Shown in pieces: positions 1 through 9,573 of a stretch of 58,238 nucleotides of DNA; the first letter of the stretch is position 1; every line of letters starts with the position of its first letter. The position numbers and the translations under genes are program-made. The DNA is from an uncultured Verrucomicrobiales bacterium (GTDB lineage Bacteria > Verrucomicrobiota > Verrucomicrobiia > Verrucomicrobiales > DEV007): NCBI GenBank assembly GCA_938091905.1, contig CALKOM010000128.1, positions 1 through 58,238 of the forward strand, given 5' to 3'. The notes beneath the pieces were generated by a model. The model searched no databases. It was not told the DNA's origin and saw only the letters and a program-made list of their open reading frames with translations.

Positions 1-797
1 AGCGATCGAGAACTGGGCGAGCAAATTGAGGAGATCTTCTGGGAACACAGGCGTCGATACGGATATCGTCGCATCCATGAAGAACTCCTGGATCGGGACA
101 CTCGATGTTGTCCCATTAGAGTGCGGCGTCTCATGAAAGAACGAGGACTGAGGGCAATTCAGCCGAAACAGTTTGTTCCCCAGACAAGCGACAGCCGTGC
201 CGATAAGCCATCTGATAACCTATTGGACGGCCATCCTTTACCTAAAGCTCCCAACATGGTCTTTGCTGGGGACATCACCTATATTCGAACGGAATCTGGC
301 TGGCTGTATCTGGCTGTGGTAATCGATCTGTGCTCACGCCGGGTAGTCGGCTGGGCCCTGTCCGAGCAAATGCGTGCCGATCTTGTCGTCAGGCGCTTGC
401 ATCGACGCCGAAGATGCCGAAGATGCCGGGACGGATTTTCCACAGCGATCGGGGGAGCCAGCACGAAAGCAAGGTCTTTAGAAAACTGTGAAAAAAAGCT
501 GGGATGCGACAAAGCATGTCGGCTCGGAAAAACCCCTATCACAACGCTTGGACGGAATCAATGATTGAAACGCTCAAAGCAGAGATGGTGGGGGAGGGCA
601 CGTTCGAGGACGAACTCGAAGCGCACACGGAAATCTTTGCCTATCTCGACTCGTACTACAACACGAAGCGAAAGCATTCCGCGCTGGGCTATCAAACCAC
701 GGCGCTATTTGAAAGGGCCTCGAATGAACTAGCCCAGGAGGGAGGGCTAGATGTCGGGGGTCAAGGGGGTAGAGCCCTCTTGCCTGTGGCCTCATAA
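1..797 (+). pseudogene. IS3 OrfB DDE transposase, disrupted by a frameshift (~390-430) and an in-frame TGA (489-491)
   Basis: The DDE motifs are split across two frames. There is a 9-bp tandem duplication GCCGAAGAT at 407-424, and the second frame reads KVFRKL*KKAGMRQSMS. Confidence 0.85.
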
Positions 798-857
798 TGG
801 CCAGTAAAACCTAATATCCACCTAAACTAAAATGGTCCAATTTTCTATTGCATCTCA
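1..857 (+). mobile_element. IS3-family insertion sequence (3' part, left end outside window), degenerate
   Basis: Frame 1 from base 1 reads SDRELGEQIEEIFWEHRRRYGYRRIHEEL (IS3 OrfB N-part). DDE segments FAGDITYI / FHSDRGSQ / NAWTESMIETLKAE and YYNTKRKHSALGY are present. Candidate right end ...TGGTCCAATTTTCTATTGCATCTCA ends in CA at 857, as expected for IS3 TG...CA ends. Confidence 0.9.
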
Positions 858-866
858 ATTCTCCAG

Positions 867-1967
867 TTAGTCACTGGTGTAATCAAATCCAAAGGCATCC
901 TTTGGTGTCACCGATAGAGCAAAGGCAGCAAGAAGATTAATCGTGTGTTCGATGTCTTTTAAATTGGCCACCTCAACCACCGAGTGCATGTAGCGAAGAG
1001 GAAGCGACACCAGTGCACTGGGGACACCGCTGCGCTGGTGATAGATTTGGTCTGTGTCCGTTCCGCTAAATCGCGAGGATGACTCGTGTTGAATAGGAAT
1101 CTCCGCTTTCTCAGCAACTTCGATCAATCGCTGGACAATATGTGGATGATTGCAGGTGCCATGAGTGAGCGTGGGTCCAGCGCCTAACTTGACCTCGCCA
1201 TGCTTGGCATGTTCGATGTTAGGCGTATCTGTCGCATGAGTGACATCCAAACAAACCGCGACATCTGGTTGCAGTCGGTAGGTAGCCATCTTGGCTCCGA
1301 GCCCACCAATCTCTTCCTGGACCGCATTCATCGCAAGAATGTGGGAGCCCGGCTTCTTCTTCGATGCTCTAAGCTTTGCCAGCACTTGAGCAACGATGAA
1401 TCCACCGATGCGATTATCCAATGCTCGTCCCACGATCCCTTCCGTGCCAAACGGTTCTGCGCAATCTACATACACTGCGGGATGACCGACACGCAGACCA
1501 AGTGCGGCCACGTCCTCAGGTGACGAGGCCCCCACATCCACATAAAGATCATGTATTTCAGGAGCCTTCTCGCCCTTGGAACGATCACGAATATGGATCG
1601 CCGTGTTTCCAATCACGCCCAACACAGGCCCTTCATCTCCAAGTATCGTCAATCGGCGCCCACGGGCAGTCGCACTATCAGAGCCCCCAATGCGATCCAA
1701 TCGAAGAAAGCCTTCTTTCGTGATGTGCTTGATCATGTAGCCAATCTCATCGGCATGAGCTTCTAGCATGACCGTCAACGCACTGCCTGACTTGGGCTTC
1801 TTCGCCTTCAGGGTCGCCCACGTCGTCCCATAGGCATCGTTTTCGATCGAATCTGAATGCTGGCTAGCGTAAGCCGCCCATTTGCGCTGACCGGGTCCTT
1901 CAAAACCGGTCGGGCTTGGGGTGCTCAGCAGATCATAGAGGAAGCAGGTCGCGGCATCGTCAAACAT
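867..1967 (-). CDS. M42 family metallo-aminopeptidase (FrvX/TET-like)
   Basis: Motifs PSPTGFE, AHADEIG, ALDNRIG, VQEEIG, LDVTHA, GTDTD and PLRYMHS; 366 aa. Confidence 0.92.
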   Translation of the reverse strand: MFDDAATCFLYDLLSTPSPTGFEGPGQRKWAAYASQHSDSIENDAYGTTWATLKAKKPKSGSALTVMLEAHADEIGYMIKHITKEGFLRLDRIGGSDSATARGRRLTILGDEGPVLGVIGNTAIHIRDRSKGEKAPEIHDLYVDVGASSPEDVAALGLRVGHPAVYVDCAEPFGTEGIVGRALDNRIGGFIVAQVLAKLRASKKKPGSHILAMNAVQEEIGGLGAKMATYRLQPDVAVCLDVTHATDTPNIEHAKHGEVKLGAGPTLTHGTCNHPHIVQRLIEVAEKAEIPIQHESSSRFSGTDTDQIYHQRSGVPSALVSLPLRYMHSVVEVANLKDIEHTINLLAAFALSVTPKDAFGFDYTSD

Positions 1968-2040
1968 GGCCTATCTATCGAGGCGGATTCCCAGTTTGGC
2001 AATGTTGCGATGATCGGGAGATTGGGTAGCCTAGAACGCA

Positions 2041-2712
2041 TTGGAAACTTCTCGTGTCATCTTTGAGGATTTCGAGCGCGACACCGTATCGCAGCCAGAG
2101 CTGGACCGGCTGCTGGCCAACGGTTGGCGGCACGCGGGCACGCATTTCTATCGCTACAACATGGCGTTTCACAAAGGGATGCTGACGCAAGTACAGCCAC
2201 TGCGAATTCCACTCGAAAAATTCAATCCGACCAAGAGCCAACGCCGAACCCAACGGAGCAACGAAGCAGCCGGATTTCGAGTCGTCATCCGGCCGACGGA
2301 GATCACTCGTGAGAAAGAGAAACTCTTCGAAGAGCACAAAGCGAAATTCATCGACAATGTGCCGGACTCCATTTTCGACTTTCTCTCACAGGATCCAGAC
2401 ACGAGCCCCTGTCCAGGCGGGGAGGTCTCGGTCTACGATGAGGATCGCCTTATCGCAGCGAGCTTCTTCGATCTCGGCGAGGAATCACTCTCTACCATCT
2501 ATGGGATGTATGACTTAGACTATCAAAAGCATGGCCTTGGAATCTTCACCATGCTCTTGGAAATGAATTATGCGCAACAGTTAGGAAAGCCACTCTACTA
2601 TCATGGCTATTGCTACGAATGCCCGTCCTTCTATGACTACAAGAAAACGTTCCAAGGCGTAGAAGCCTTTGACTGGGACGGCGAGTGGATCCCAACCACG
2701 CGAAAGATGTGA
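2041..2712 (+). CDS. Aminoacyl-tRNA--protein transferase, ATE/Bpt-like (N-degron pathway)
   Basis: LLANGWRH.G..FYR, LRI.LEKF.PTKSQRR and IYGMYD.DY.KHGLGIFTMLLE...A..LG...YY.GY....SFYDYK resemble ATE_N/ATE_C. The start is TTG. Confidence 0.8.
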   Translation: METSRVIFEDFERDTVSQPELDRLLANGWRHAGTHFYRYNMAFHKGMLTQVQPLRIPLEKFNPTKSQRRTQRSNEAAGFRVVIRPTEITREKEKLFEEHKAKFIDNVPDSIFDFLSQDPDTSPCPGGEVSVYDEDRLIAASFFDLGEESLSTIYGMYDLDYQKHGLGIFTMLLEMNYAQQLGKPLYYHGYCYECPSFYDYKKTFQGVEAFDWDGEWIPTTRKM

Positions 2713-2727
2713 GCTTTGTCAGGGCGA

Positions 2728-3891
2728 CTATGCCAAGGATCCCAACTTCGCACCAACGGCCTTGCCCACCTGGACCAGTAATTTCGCTTGGTCCGACAGT
2801 CCATCAGCAACCTCTTCAAGAGCTTTTCTCCCAGAATGTCCGGGCTTGATCAGTTGATCAAAGGGTTCGTTCAATGGCTTGAGCTTATCTATCATTTGCT
2901 CGAACCCACTCTCGATCTCCTTCGCAATAGAGGCATCCGCTTTGGCAATTAGACCTAACAAAGGCACCTCATCATCAGCGACCACACGTCCCGGCGCTTT
3001 ACCCGTCAGCGTCTTCTGCAGACCAATGATAGCGTGGCGGACCGCGTCAAGACTTGTATCACTGAATTGGCAGATCTCATCTTTCTGATCGCCCGATGCC
3101 AACGGTCGGAGGAGAGCACCTGAAAGGCCGTTATTACAGACCGTCACTAGCCCTGTAAAGATTGTCGTGAGCGCACTCTTGGGATCCTTCTCCATGAACT
3201 GAGCTCTGTAATTCCCCTGCTCCGAGGGATGCCACGCTTCGTTCATGACAGCAAGATCAATAGGTAGCAACTGCGTCAGGAGTGACAAGAGTTCGCGACG
3301 ACGCTTTACACCCAGCACAGCGGTGTAGTCAGTGAAGACTCGCGGGCCTGGAGCATCGTCATACTGATCGAATCCATAGATCAGAAACTCGATAGCATGG
3401 AATCCCATGAGCACCTTGTTCTCACGCGGCTGATGCGCTAGACGAATCGCTTGGGCATCAATGGTCGGCATACCCTTGGTGTCGTGAACCACACCAGTCT
3501 TCAAGTTACCAGGCACGGTGTCTAAGGCTGTAGGATCAACCGGCCAAGAGGCAATGTTAGAATGCACTCCATCCGCTGGGGTCCCCTGACCCCGCAGACC
3601 TTCCGTTTCCATATAGGCGTTGTGAGCCACAATCCAGGCGTCCTGAAGGGCGGCATGGGTTGCAGACGTAGGAGTCGTTAAGAAGACATTTGCCTTGGCC
3701 CGAAGAGAATCTGCTGTCTGCCAAGCCGATTTATACGCCGCCGAACAAATTTCAGCGTGCTGTTTGATCACGGCCGTGATTTCTTCCGCGTACGTTTCCT
3801 GGTCAATCTCTGGAACCTTGCTTCCACCACACCCCGCGAACGTGGCAACAGTACTAAAGGATGAAAGCTGTAGCCAGGCGCGGCGGTTCAT
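2728..3891 (-). CDS. Imelysin-like (peptidase M75 / IrpA-like) lipoprotein with twin-arginine-like signal
   Basis: GFHAIEFLIYG (GxHxxE), SWPVD and DEICQFSD motifs. The likely start MNRRAWLQLSS...FAGC at 3891 overlaps the dxs stop (ATGA). Confidence 0.8.
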   Translation of the reverse strand: MNRRAWLQLSSFSTVATFAGCGGSKVPEIDQETYAEEITAVIKQHAEICSAAYKSAWQTADSLRAKANVFLTTPTSATHAALQDAWIVAHNAYMETEGLRGQGTPADGVHSNIASWPVDPTALDTVPGNLKTGVVHDTKGMPTIDAQAIRLAHQPRENKVLMGFHAIEFLIYGFDQYDDAPGPRVFTDYTAVLGVKRRRELLSLLTQLLPIDLAVMNEAWHPSEQGNYRAQFMEKDPKSALTTIFTGLVTVCNNGLSGALLRPLASGDQKDEICQFSDTSLDAVRHAIIGLQKTLTGKAPGRVVADDEVPLLGLIAKADASIAKEIESGFEQMIDKLKPLNEPFDQLIKPGHSGRKALEEVADGLSDQAKLLVQVGKAVGAKLGSLA

Positions 3892-5837
3892 GAGAGAGCG
3901 GGGCTGAGAGTCGTCTTGTCTTCCGCTCCAGCCGTGGCGGCGGAATCCCCAAGATGCGATTGAATCTTCTTCACTGCAGCTTCGGGAGTCAGCCCATGCT
4001 TTGCACGGAGTGCTGGGATGGAACCATGCTCTACAAACTCGTCTGGCCATCCCACGCGTGCAACTGGTGTCTTCAAACCCGCATCATGAAGGTGCTCGAT
4101 CACACCACAGCCAAAGCCGTTGTGCAGCACGTGATCTTCAAAGGTGCACACGACCTTCGACTGTCGCGCAAACCGCTCAATCGTCTCTTTGTCGAGAGGC
4201 TTGATCCAACGGGGGTTGATCAAGGTTACGGAGTATCCTTTCGCCTCAAGGAGCGCCTTCGTCTTCTCAGCGACTTCGAACATCGCCCCCAAACCTACGA
4301 GAGCAATGTCAGAGCCTTCGGCAACCACTTCCGCTTTGCCAATTTCGAGAAGCGTCGGCTCTGCCTTCGGCTTGGCTCCGACACCAGCTCCCCGAGGATA
4401 GCGAATAGCAGAGGGACCATCATTGTAGTGGGCCATCGTCCAGAGCATGTCGACGAATTCATCCTCATCCTTCGGCTGCATGTGAATGATGTTCGGAATA
4501 TGTCGTAGATAGCCGATATCAAACAAGCCGTGATGGGTTGGGCCATCGTCACCGGACAAGCCACCACGATCCATACAAAGACGCACGGGAAGTTTCTGAA
4601 TCGCCATGTCATGAATAATCATGTCATAGGCCCGTTGCATGAACGTTGAGTAGATCGTTAGGAAAGGCTTGAGTCCTTCGACAGCCTGACCGCACGCAAA
4701 GAGAGCGGCGTGTTCTTCGGCAATACCCACATCGAAATACCGATCGGGCACCTCCTTCTGGAAATGGGCCAGTCCCGTGCCACCAGGCATGGCTGCTGTA
4801 ATCGCGGTAATCTTGGGATCCGCTTTAGCAAACTTAACCAATGATTGCGCATAATGCTGTGAGTAAGTTGGCAATGCAGCCGCAGGCGTTTCCCCTGTTT
4901 CGACGGCATAAGCACCGAGGCCGTGAAACTTACCAGGGTTTTTCAAAGCGGGCTCATAGCCGCGCCCCTTCTCCGTGATGATGTGGAGAACCACAGGCTC
5001 AGTCTGACGCTTGAGAAACTCTAACGTATGAACTAACGTCGGAATATCATGTCCATCGATAGGGCCATAGTAACGCACACCAAACTCTTCAAAGATCACA
5101 TTGTGGAGCAGAAGGTTCTTCGCACCTTCCTCCACCTTGCGTGCCAACTGGCGAATGCCTTTACCAGCGACCCTCTCTAAGAACGTCGCCGCCTTGTCGT
5201 GCAAGTGCGCATAAGTGTCCGTTGTGGCAAGTCTATTGAAGTATTTGGCGATGGCACCCACGTTCCTATCGATCGACCACTCGTTGTCGTTCAATACGAG
5301 GATGAACTTCTTGGTATTCGCCGAAATATTATTCAGCGCCTCGAACGTAGGACCACACGTGAAGGCAGCATCACCTGCGACAGCAACGACATGCTGATCA
5401 TCTTCGCCATTGAGGTCGCGTCCAACCGCCATGCCCAATGCCGCGCTGACTGCCGTTCCGGCATGGCCCGCGCCATAACAATCATGCGAACTCTCCGACC
5501 TCAGAAGGAAGCCATTGAGCCCCTGATACTGACGTATGGTGTGAATCTGATTCCACCGCCCCGTGAGCATCTTGTGCACGTAACCTTGGTGGCTCACATC
5601 AAAAATGAAGCGATCCTTGGCTCCCGTATCGAAGATACGATGCATGGCGATGGTCAACTCCACCACGCCAAGGTTCGGACCGAGATGTCCTCCCGTGCGA
5701 GAGAGCGAGTTGATCAAAACCTCACGAATCGCCTCAGCCAACTCAGGGAGACGCTCCTCGGGGAGAGCTTTGACATCTTCAGGACCCTGGATTTCAGGAT
5801 CGAAGGGTTTCACGGCGTAGTCATTAGAAGAGCTCAT
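3888..5837 (-). CDS. dxs: 1-deoxy-D-xylulose-5-phosphate synthase
   Basis: GGHLGPNLGVVELT, DVSHQGYVHK, GDAA...LNDNEWSI, FDVGIAEEHA, IYSTFMQRAYD, DGPTHHG. Confidence 0.97.
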   Translation of the reverse strand: MSSSNDYAVKPFDPEIQGPEDVKALPEERLPELAEAIREVLINSLSRTGGHLGPNLGVVELTIAMHRIFDTGAKDRFIFDVSHQGYVHKMLTGRWNQIHTIRQYQGLNGFLLRSESSHDCYGAGHAGTAVSAALGMAVGRDLNGEDDQHVVAVAGDAAFTCGPTFEALNNISANTKKFILVLNDNEWSIDRNVGAIAKYFNRLATTDTYAHLHDKAATFLERVAGKGIRQLARKVEEGAKNLLLHNVIFEEFGVRYYGPIDGHDIPTLVHTLEFLKRQTEPVVLHIITEKGRGYEPALKNPGKFHGLGAYAVETGETPAAALPTYSQHYAQSLVKFAKADPKITAITAAMPGGTGLAHFQKEVPDRYFDVGIAEEHAALFACGQAVEGLKPFLTIYSTFMQRAYDMIIHDMAIQKLPVRLCMDRGGLSGDDGPTHHGLFDIGYLRHIPNIIHMQPKDEDEFVDMLWTMAHYNDGPSAIRYPRGAGVGAKPKAEPTLLEIGKAEVVAEGSDIALVGLGAMFEVAEKTKALLEAKGYSVTLINPRWIKPLDKETIERFARQSKVVCTFEDHVLHNGFGCGVIEHLHDAGLKTPVARVGWPDEFVEHGSIPALRAKHGLTPEAAVKKIQSHLGDSAATAGAEDKTTLSPALS

Positions 5838-6102
5838 CTTTCACGTCCTCGGATGGGGATTCAGGCACATCAGTTGGGGAGACAGAATCTTGGTTGGCAG
5901 ACTGCCCAATCGTAGCAACACGCTGCTTGGCTTCATCAAGTTTGACCTGGCAAGCTTCGAGTAGCTTCATTCCACGGTCGTATTGGTTGACCAAATCTGC
6001 CAACGGCACCGCTTCCCCTTCCAAGTCCTCGACAATCATATCGAGTTGGGAGAGGGCATCCTCAAAGTTTGCGGGAATAGGATCAGACTTGGATTTCGCC
6101 AT
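5824..6102 (-). CDS. xseB: Exodeoxyribonuclease VII small subunit
   Basis: FEDALSQLDMIVEDLEGEAVPL...YDRGMKLLEACQVKLDEAKQRV; canonical position upstream of dxs. Confidence 0.92.
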   Translation of the reverse strand: MAKSKSDPIPANFEDALSQLDMIVEDLEGEAVPLADLVNQYDRGMKLLEACQVKLDEAKQRVATIGQSANQDSVSPTDVPESPSEDVKDELF

Positions 6103-6192
6103 AAGCGCTGGTTCCCCATCATTGAGGACGAGGAAGGAACTGCAACCAGGAAATGTTCGCGCGACGATTCCCAGCCCGCGCCAGAGCGATCA

Positions 6193-7974
6193 CTAACGGC
6201 CATCCAGCCAGCGCTGGCGGTCTGAATAAAAGTAAAGCTGGCTATTCAGCGGCATCATATCCTGAAACGGAAAATCTTCTGGTAAGAGGCGCCTCTCCAT
6301 GTCGAGCGCCTCACCATTCATGATGACTTCGCGCCAAGCAGCATAGGGGCCTCGTGAGACCTCGGTGACCATGCTGCCATCGACTGAGATCGGAGAAATG
6401 AAGATCCCGGCGAACTTGCGCCCAACGCTTTCAACATAGTCATCCAGCCGACGGTACTGATCTTGATCCTTGGGCAACCATACGGCTGCGCGATCAGCAT
6501 ACCACGCCACAGCCCACGGCATGTCACTCAAGATGACCTCCTGCTCGGAAGTCCAACGATTAAGGTAGGCAATACTCGGCGGGTAATAAGGGGGCCAAAC
6601 AGCACGCTGCATCTTATCGGCACTGATGCTGTCCTTGAGGTTTTTCGGCATAGGCAAGATCAGCGGAATGGCACTAATAACCGCGACGATGACCAAGTGT
6701 CCCTGGGTGACAAGAGGATGATTGGTCTCTAAGCCAATGCGATTCCACACGACTGTCAGAAAGGCGAGGCCATAGGCCGCCATGATTGGCGCAAAGAGAA
6801 TGTGAATCTGGTTTGGATCTAGAATACCCTCTGGGATTCCATATAGCGTCATGCCCATCACGCCGAAGAGCCACATGGACAAGATACACCAGCGGAAGTG
6901 CGCAATTTCAGGACGTTTGAAGGGGTGGAGCAAGCTCAGGAAGAAGAGCGGCGCGACCACGATCGAGCCAAGCAGTTTATAGATGTCCTCCAGCTGATTT
7001 AGAGAATTCACCACCAATTTGGAAAATAGCCCCTTCGTGCTAAACGCCTGCTGCTCCGGGTCGTAGTTGCGGAAGATTGCGGCGGCATCACCCTCGGCGA
7101 GACCGGTCTGGAGCGAGTAGAGCCCAGAACCGAGCACATCCCCACTGACTTGAAGATTTCGATAGCCCCAAGCCGCCACGATAATCGCAAAAACAGTCAT
7201 GAGTAGGATCGACATCACACCTTTCGGGCGGAAATAGAAGGCCGAGAAGAAGAGAAGCCCGAAGAACAGCCACATCGTCAGCCAATGAGTGAGCGCAAGG
7301 AGCCCAAAGAAGCCCGCTGCCAATGCCACCCAAACAAACGGCGGCGTTTCCTCTTGCTGAGTCTCAATGGCTTTGAAGACGAAATAGAGCCCAAACGAGA
7401 ACAGGAACAGCATGAGCATTTGCGGAAGTCCCGATTGAGCGAACTCCCACATGGTGGCTGAGAGCAACACCACCAGGCAGCTAATCCCCGCAATCTTCGT
7501 GTCAAAGATCCTCGCGATCAGCAGGTAGGAGATGAAGATCGCCAGGAGAAAGAGAATGACCGAAACTCCCGCAATGACTCGATCGAGGAAATACACACTG
7601 GAGCCCGAATCCGGCATGTAGGCCCATTGCCCCTCAAAAAGGCCGAGCGCCACCGAGTTGAGCAGCGGGTTCAAAGGTGCATGAAACACGTCTGTAAAGG
7701 CGGTCGGAGAAGCCAAACCTTCCAATTCCTCACTCTCGCGGTGCTGGTTGACCTGATAGATCGAGAGCGGGCGTAAGAACTTGGTGTTAAACGTCTTCTG
7801 TCGAGATATCTCACGTGCGATCTGGGCTTGATCGATGCCTCGGGAAGAAGTCAGCCCATTAAAGGCAAAGAACAGGTGATACACGCCGAGCCCGAGAAGG
7901 AGAAGGAGAAACAAGACGCGACGGATGATCATGCCCGAGTCGAGCTCGCCGTCTTGAGAGAAGAATTCTGCCAT
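6193..7974 (-). CDS. Multi-pass membrane GT-C fold glycosyltransferase-like protein (ArnT/PMT-like)
   Basis: About 11-12 hydrophobic segments, an acidic residue in the first loop (GIDQAQIAREI), HAPLNP motif and a C-terminal soluble domain (VILSDMPWAVAWYADR). Confidence 0.6.
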   Translation of the reverse strand: MAEFFSQDGELDSGMIIRRVLFLLLLLGLGVYHLFFAFNGLTSSRGIDQAQIAREISRQKTFNTKFLRPLSIYQVNQHRESEELEGLASPTAFTDVFHAPLNPLLNSVALGLFEGQWAYMPDSGSSVYFLDRVIAGVSVILFLLAIFISYLLIARIFDTKIAGISCLVVLLSATMWEFAQSGLPQMLMLFLFSFGLYFVFKAIETQQEETPPFVWVALAAGFFGLLALTHWLTMWLFFGLLFFSAFYFRPKGVMSILLMTVFAIIVAAWGYRNLQVSGDVLGSGLYSLQTGLAEGDAAAIFRNYDPEQQAFSTKGLFSKLVVNSLNQLEDIYKLLGSIVVAPLFFLSLLHPFKRPEIAHFRWCILSMWLFGVMGMTLYGIPEGILDPNQIHILFAPIMAAYGLAFLTVVWNRIGLETNHPLVTQGHLVIVAVISAIPLILPMPKNLKDSISADKMQRAVWPPYYPPSIAYLNRWTSEQEVILSDMPWAVAWYADRAAVWLPKDQDQYRRLDDYVESVGRKFAGIFISPISVDGSMVTEVSRGPYAAWREVIMNGEALDMERRLLPEDFPFQDMMPLNSQLYFYSDRQRWLDGR

Positions 7975-8045
7975 GGATGAGTAGGTGAGGAAGGGAAATT
8001 GGCTGGTCAGTCAGAAGAACTTCGACCATCGAGTCACGCATTCGC

Positions 8046-9422
8046 TCAATCCGCAGAGTCATCTTTCAGCTTCCGCTGCAAAGTCCGTCGGCTGATGCCC
8101 AGGAGCTTGGCCGCTTCCGTCCGATTATTACCCGTCTTTTCAAGCGCGCGCTCAATGAGTCGCAATTCCATGGTATGCAAGTTGAATTCATCCCCTGGCG
8201 CAAGCGCAATCTGCCCACCACCGCCAACCGCTGAGGACTCCCCTTTCGAGGCCATTCTCACCTCCATCGGGAGATGCCGCAGCGTGACCTTGTTGCCATT
8301 GCACATCACCACCCCATGCTCGATCGCGGAGCGCAATTCCCGCACATTTCCCGGCCAATCATAGGCCATCAGCGCCTGAAGGGCCTCACTGCTGAGATCA
8401 CGCTCTGGCTTGCCGTTCTCTTTGGCGACATCCGCGAGGAACTTCTGGCTCAACGGGATGATGTCATCCCGACGCTCCTTCAACGCAGGCATCGTCAGCT
8501 TGATCGTCTTCAGCCTGTAGTAGAGGTCCTCCCGGAAATCCCCTTTCGCCACCTGCTCTTCCAGGCGCTTGTTCGTCGCCGCGACCACACGGACATCGAC
8601 CTTGATGTCCTGATTGCCGCCCACGCGCTGAATCGTTCGTTCACCGAGCACGCGCAACAGCTTCACTTGCGTTGAGGGATCAATCTCCCCAATCTCGTCG
8701 AGAAACAGCGTGCCACCGTCTGCCGCCTCAAATCGCCCAATCCGTTTCTCATGCGCATTGGTGAAGGCCCCCTTCTCATGACCGAACAGCTCGCTCTCCA
8801 ACAACTGCGGCGACAACCCCGCGCAATGGACGATCGTTAGCTTCGCCTTGGGTCGTCCACTCAGATTATGGATCGCATGGGCAATGAGCTCTTTCCCCGT
8901 CCCATGCTCCCCCTCGATCAACACCGTCGCCCGTGATGGCGCTACCTGCCGGACCGTGTCAAAGATCGCCTCCATCGGCGCGGATCGCCCGACAATGTTA
9001 TCAAGCTGGAAATGCTTCTCCACCTGCTGCTTCAGCGAGGTGTTCTCACGCTCCATGTCGCGACCACGCAGCGCCCGTTTGATCACGATCTCCAGCTCAT
9101 CGATGTTCAGCGGCTTCGTCACAAAGTGATAGGCCCCTCGCTTCATCGCCTCCACCGCCACATTCACAGAGCCATACGCCGTCATCATGATCGAAATCGG
9201 CGGCTGCGGTCGCGCCGCCGCATGCTCAATCAAATCCATCCCATTCTCCGAGCCCAACCGCAGATCCGTCACCATCAAATCGATCTGCTCCGACTTCAGA
9301 ATCTCCTTCGCCCCCGCAATATCCGCCGCCACATAGACATCAAACTCATCCTCCAACGACAGCCGCAACCCATCACGAGTATGCTTCTCGTCATCCACGA
9401 TTAAGAGCGTGCCCAATTCCAT
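8046..9422 (-). CDS. Sigma-54-dependent response regulator (NtrC family: REC-AAA+-Fis HTH)
   Basis: LLIVDDE receiver, GEHGTGKE Walker [32 protein letters not shown] and [16 protein letters not shown]. An alternative start lies at 9434. Confidence 0.95.
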   Translation of the reverse strand: MELGTLLIVDDEKHTRDGLRLSLEDEFDVYVAADIAGAKEILKSEQIDLMVTDLRLGSENGMDLIEHAAARPQPPISIMMTAYGSVNVAVEAMKRGAYHFVTKPLNIDELEIVIKRALRGRDMERENTSLKQQVEKHFQLDNIVGRSAPMEAIFDTVRQVAPSRATVLIEGEHGTGKELIAHAIHNLSGRPKAKLTIVHCAGLSPQLLESELFGHEKGAFTNAHEKRIGRFEAADGGTLFLDEIGEIDPSTQVKLLRVLGERTIQRVGGNQDIKVDVRVVAATNKRLEEQVAKGDFREDLYYRLKTIKLTMPALKERRDDIIPLSQKFLADVAKENGKPERDLSSEALQALMAYDWPGNVRELRSAIEHGVVMCNGNKVTLRHLPMEVRMASKGESSAVGGGGQIALAPGDEFNLHTMELRLIERALEKTGNNRTEAAKLLGISRRTLQRKLKDDSAD

Positions 9423-9507
9423 CACCGCTCCCATAGCGTCATTTTGTCACTGTGGAAAGCCTACATCTCATACGCACCCACATTCCCAGCGTCCTCCAAG
9501 AGCACAA

Positions 9508-9550
9508 GAAGGGCATTCGCTCTGCAACCTGCGCAGAACGAACGCCCTTC
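9508..9550 (-). terminator. Putative intrinsic terminator of the LamG exoprotein gene
   Basis: Minus-strand stem GAAGGGCGTTCGTTCTGC / GCAGAGCGAATGCCCTTC with G-U pairs, ~23 nt after the stop at 9574; the U-tail is weak. Confidence 0.6.
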
Positions 9551-9573
9551 CGTTTACTCTATGAACTGACTGG

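Noticed and set aside
3892..4050. N-terminal extension of the imelysin ORF as given in the ORF track (start 4050)
   Set aside because: It overlaps dxs by ~160 bp; the signal peptide begins at the ATG at 3891.
5199..5915. 238-aa plus-strand ORF, and similar long antisense ORFs at 10447-11247, 24562-25365, 38445-39068, 39545-40270, 52961-53908 and 57034-57912
   Set aside because: These are shadows of well-supported genes on the opposite strand and show no recognisable motifs.
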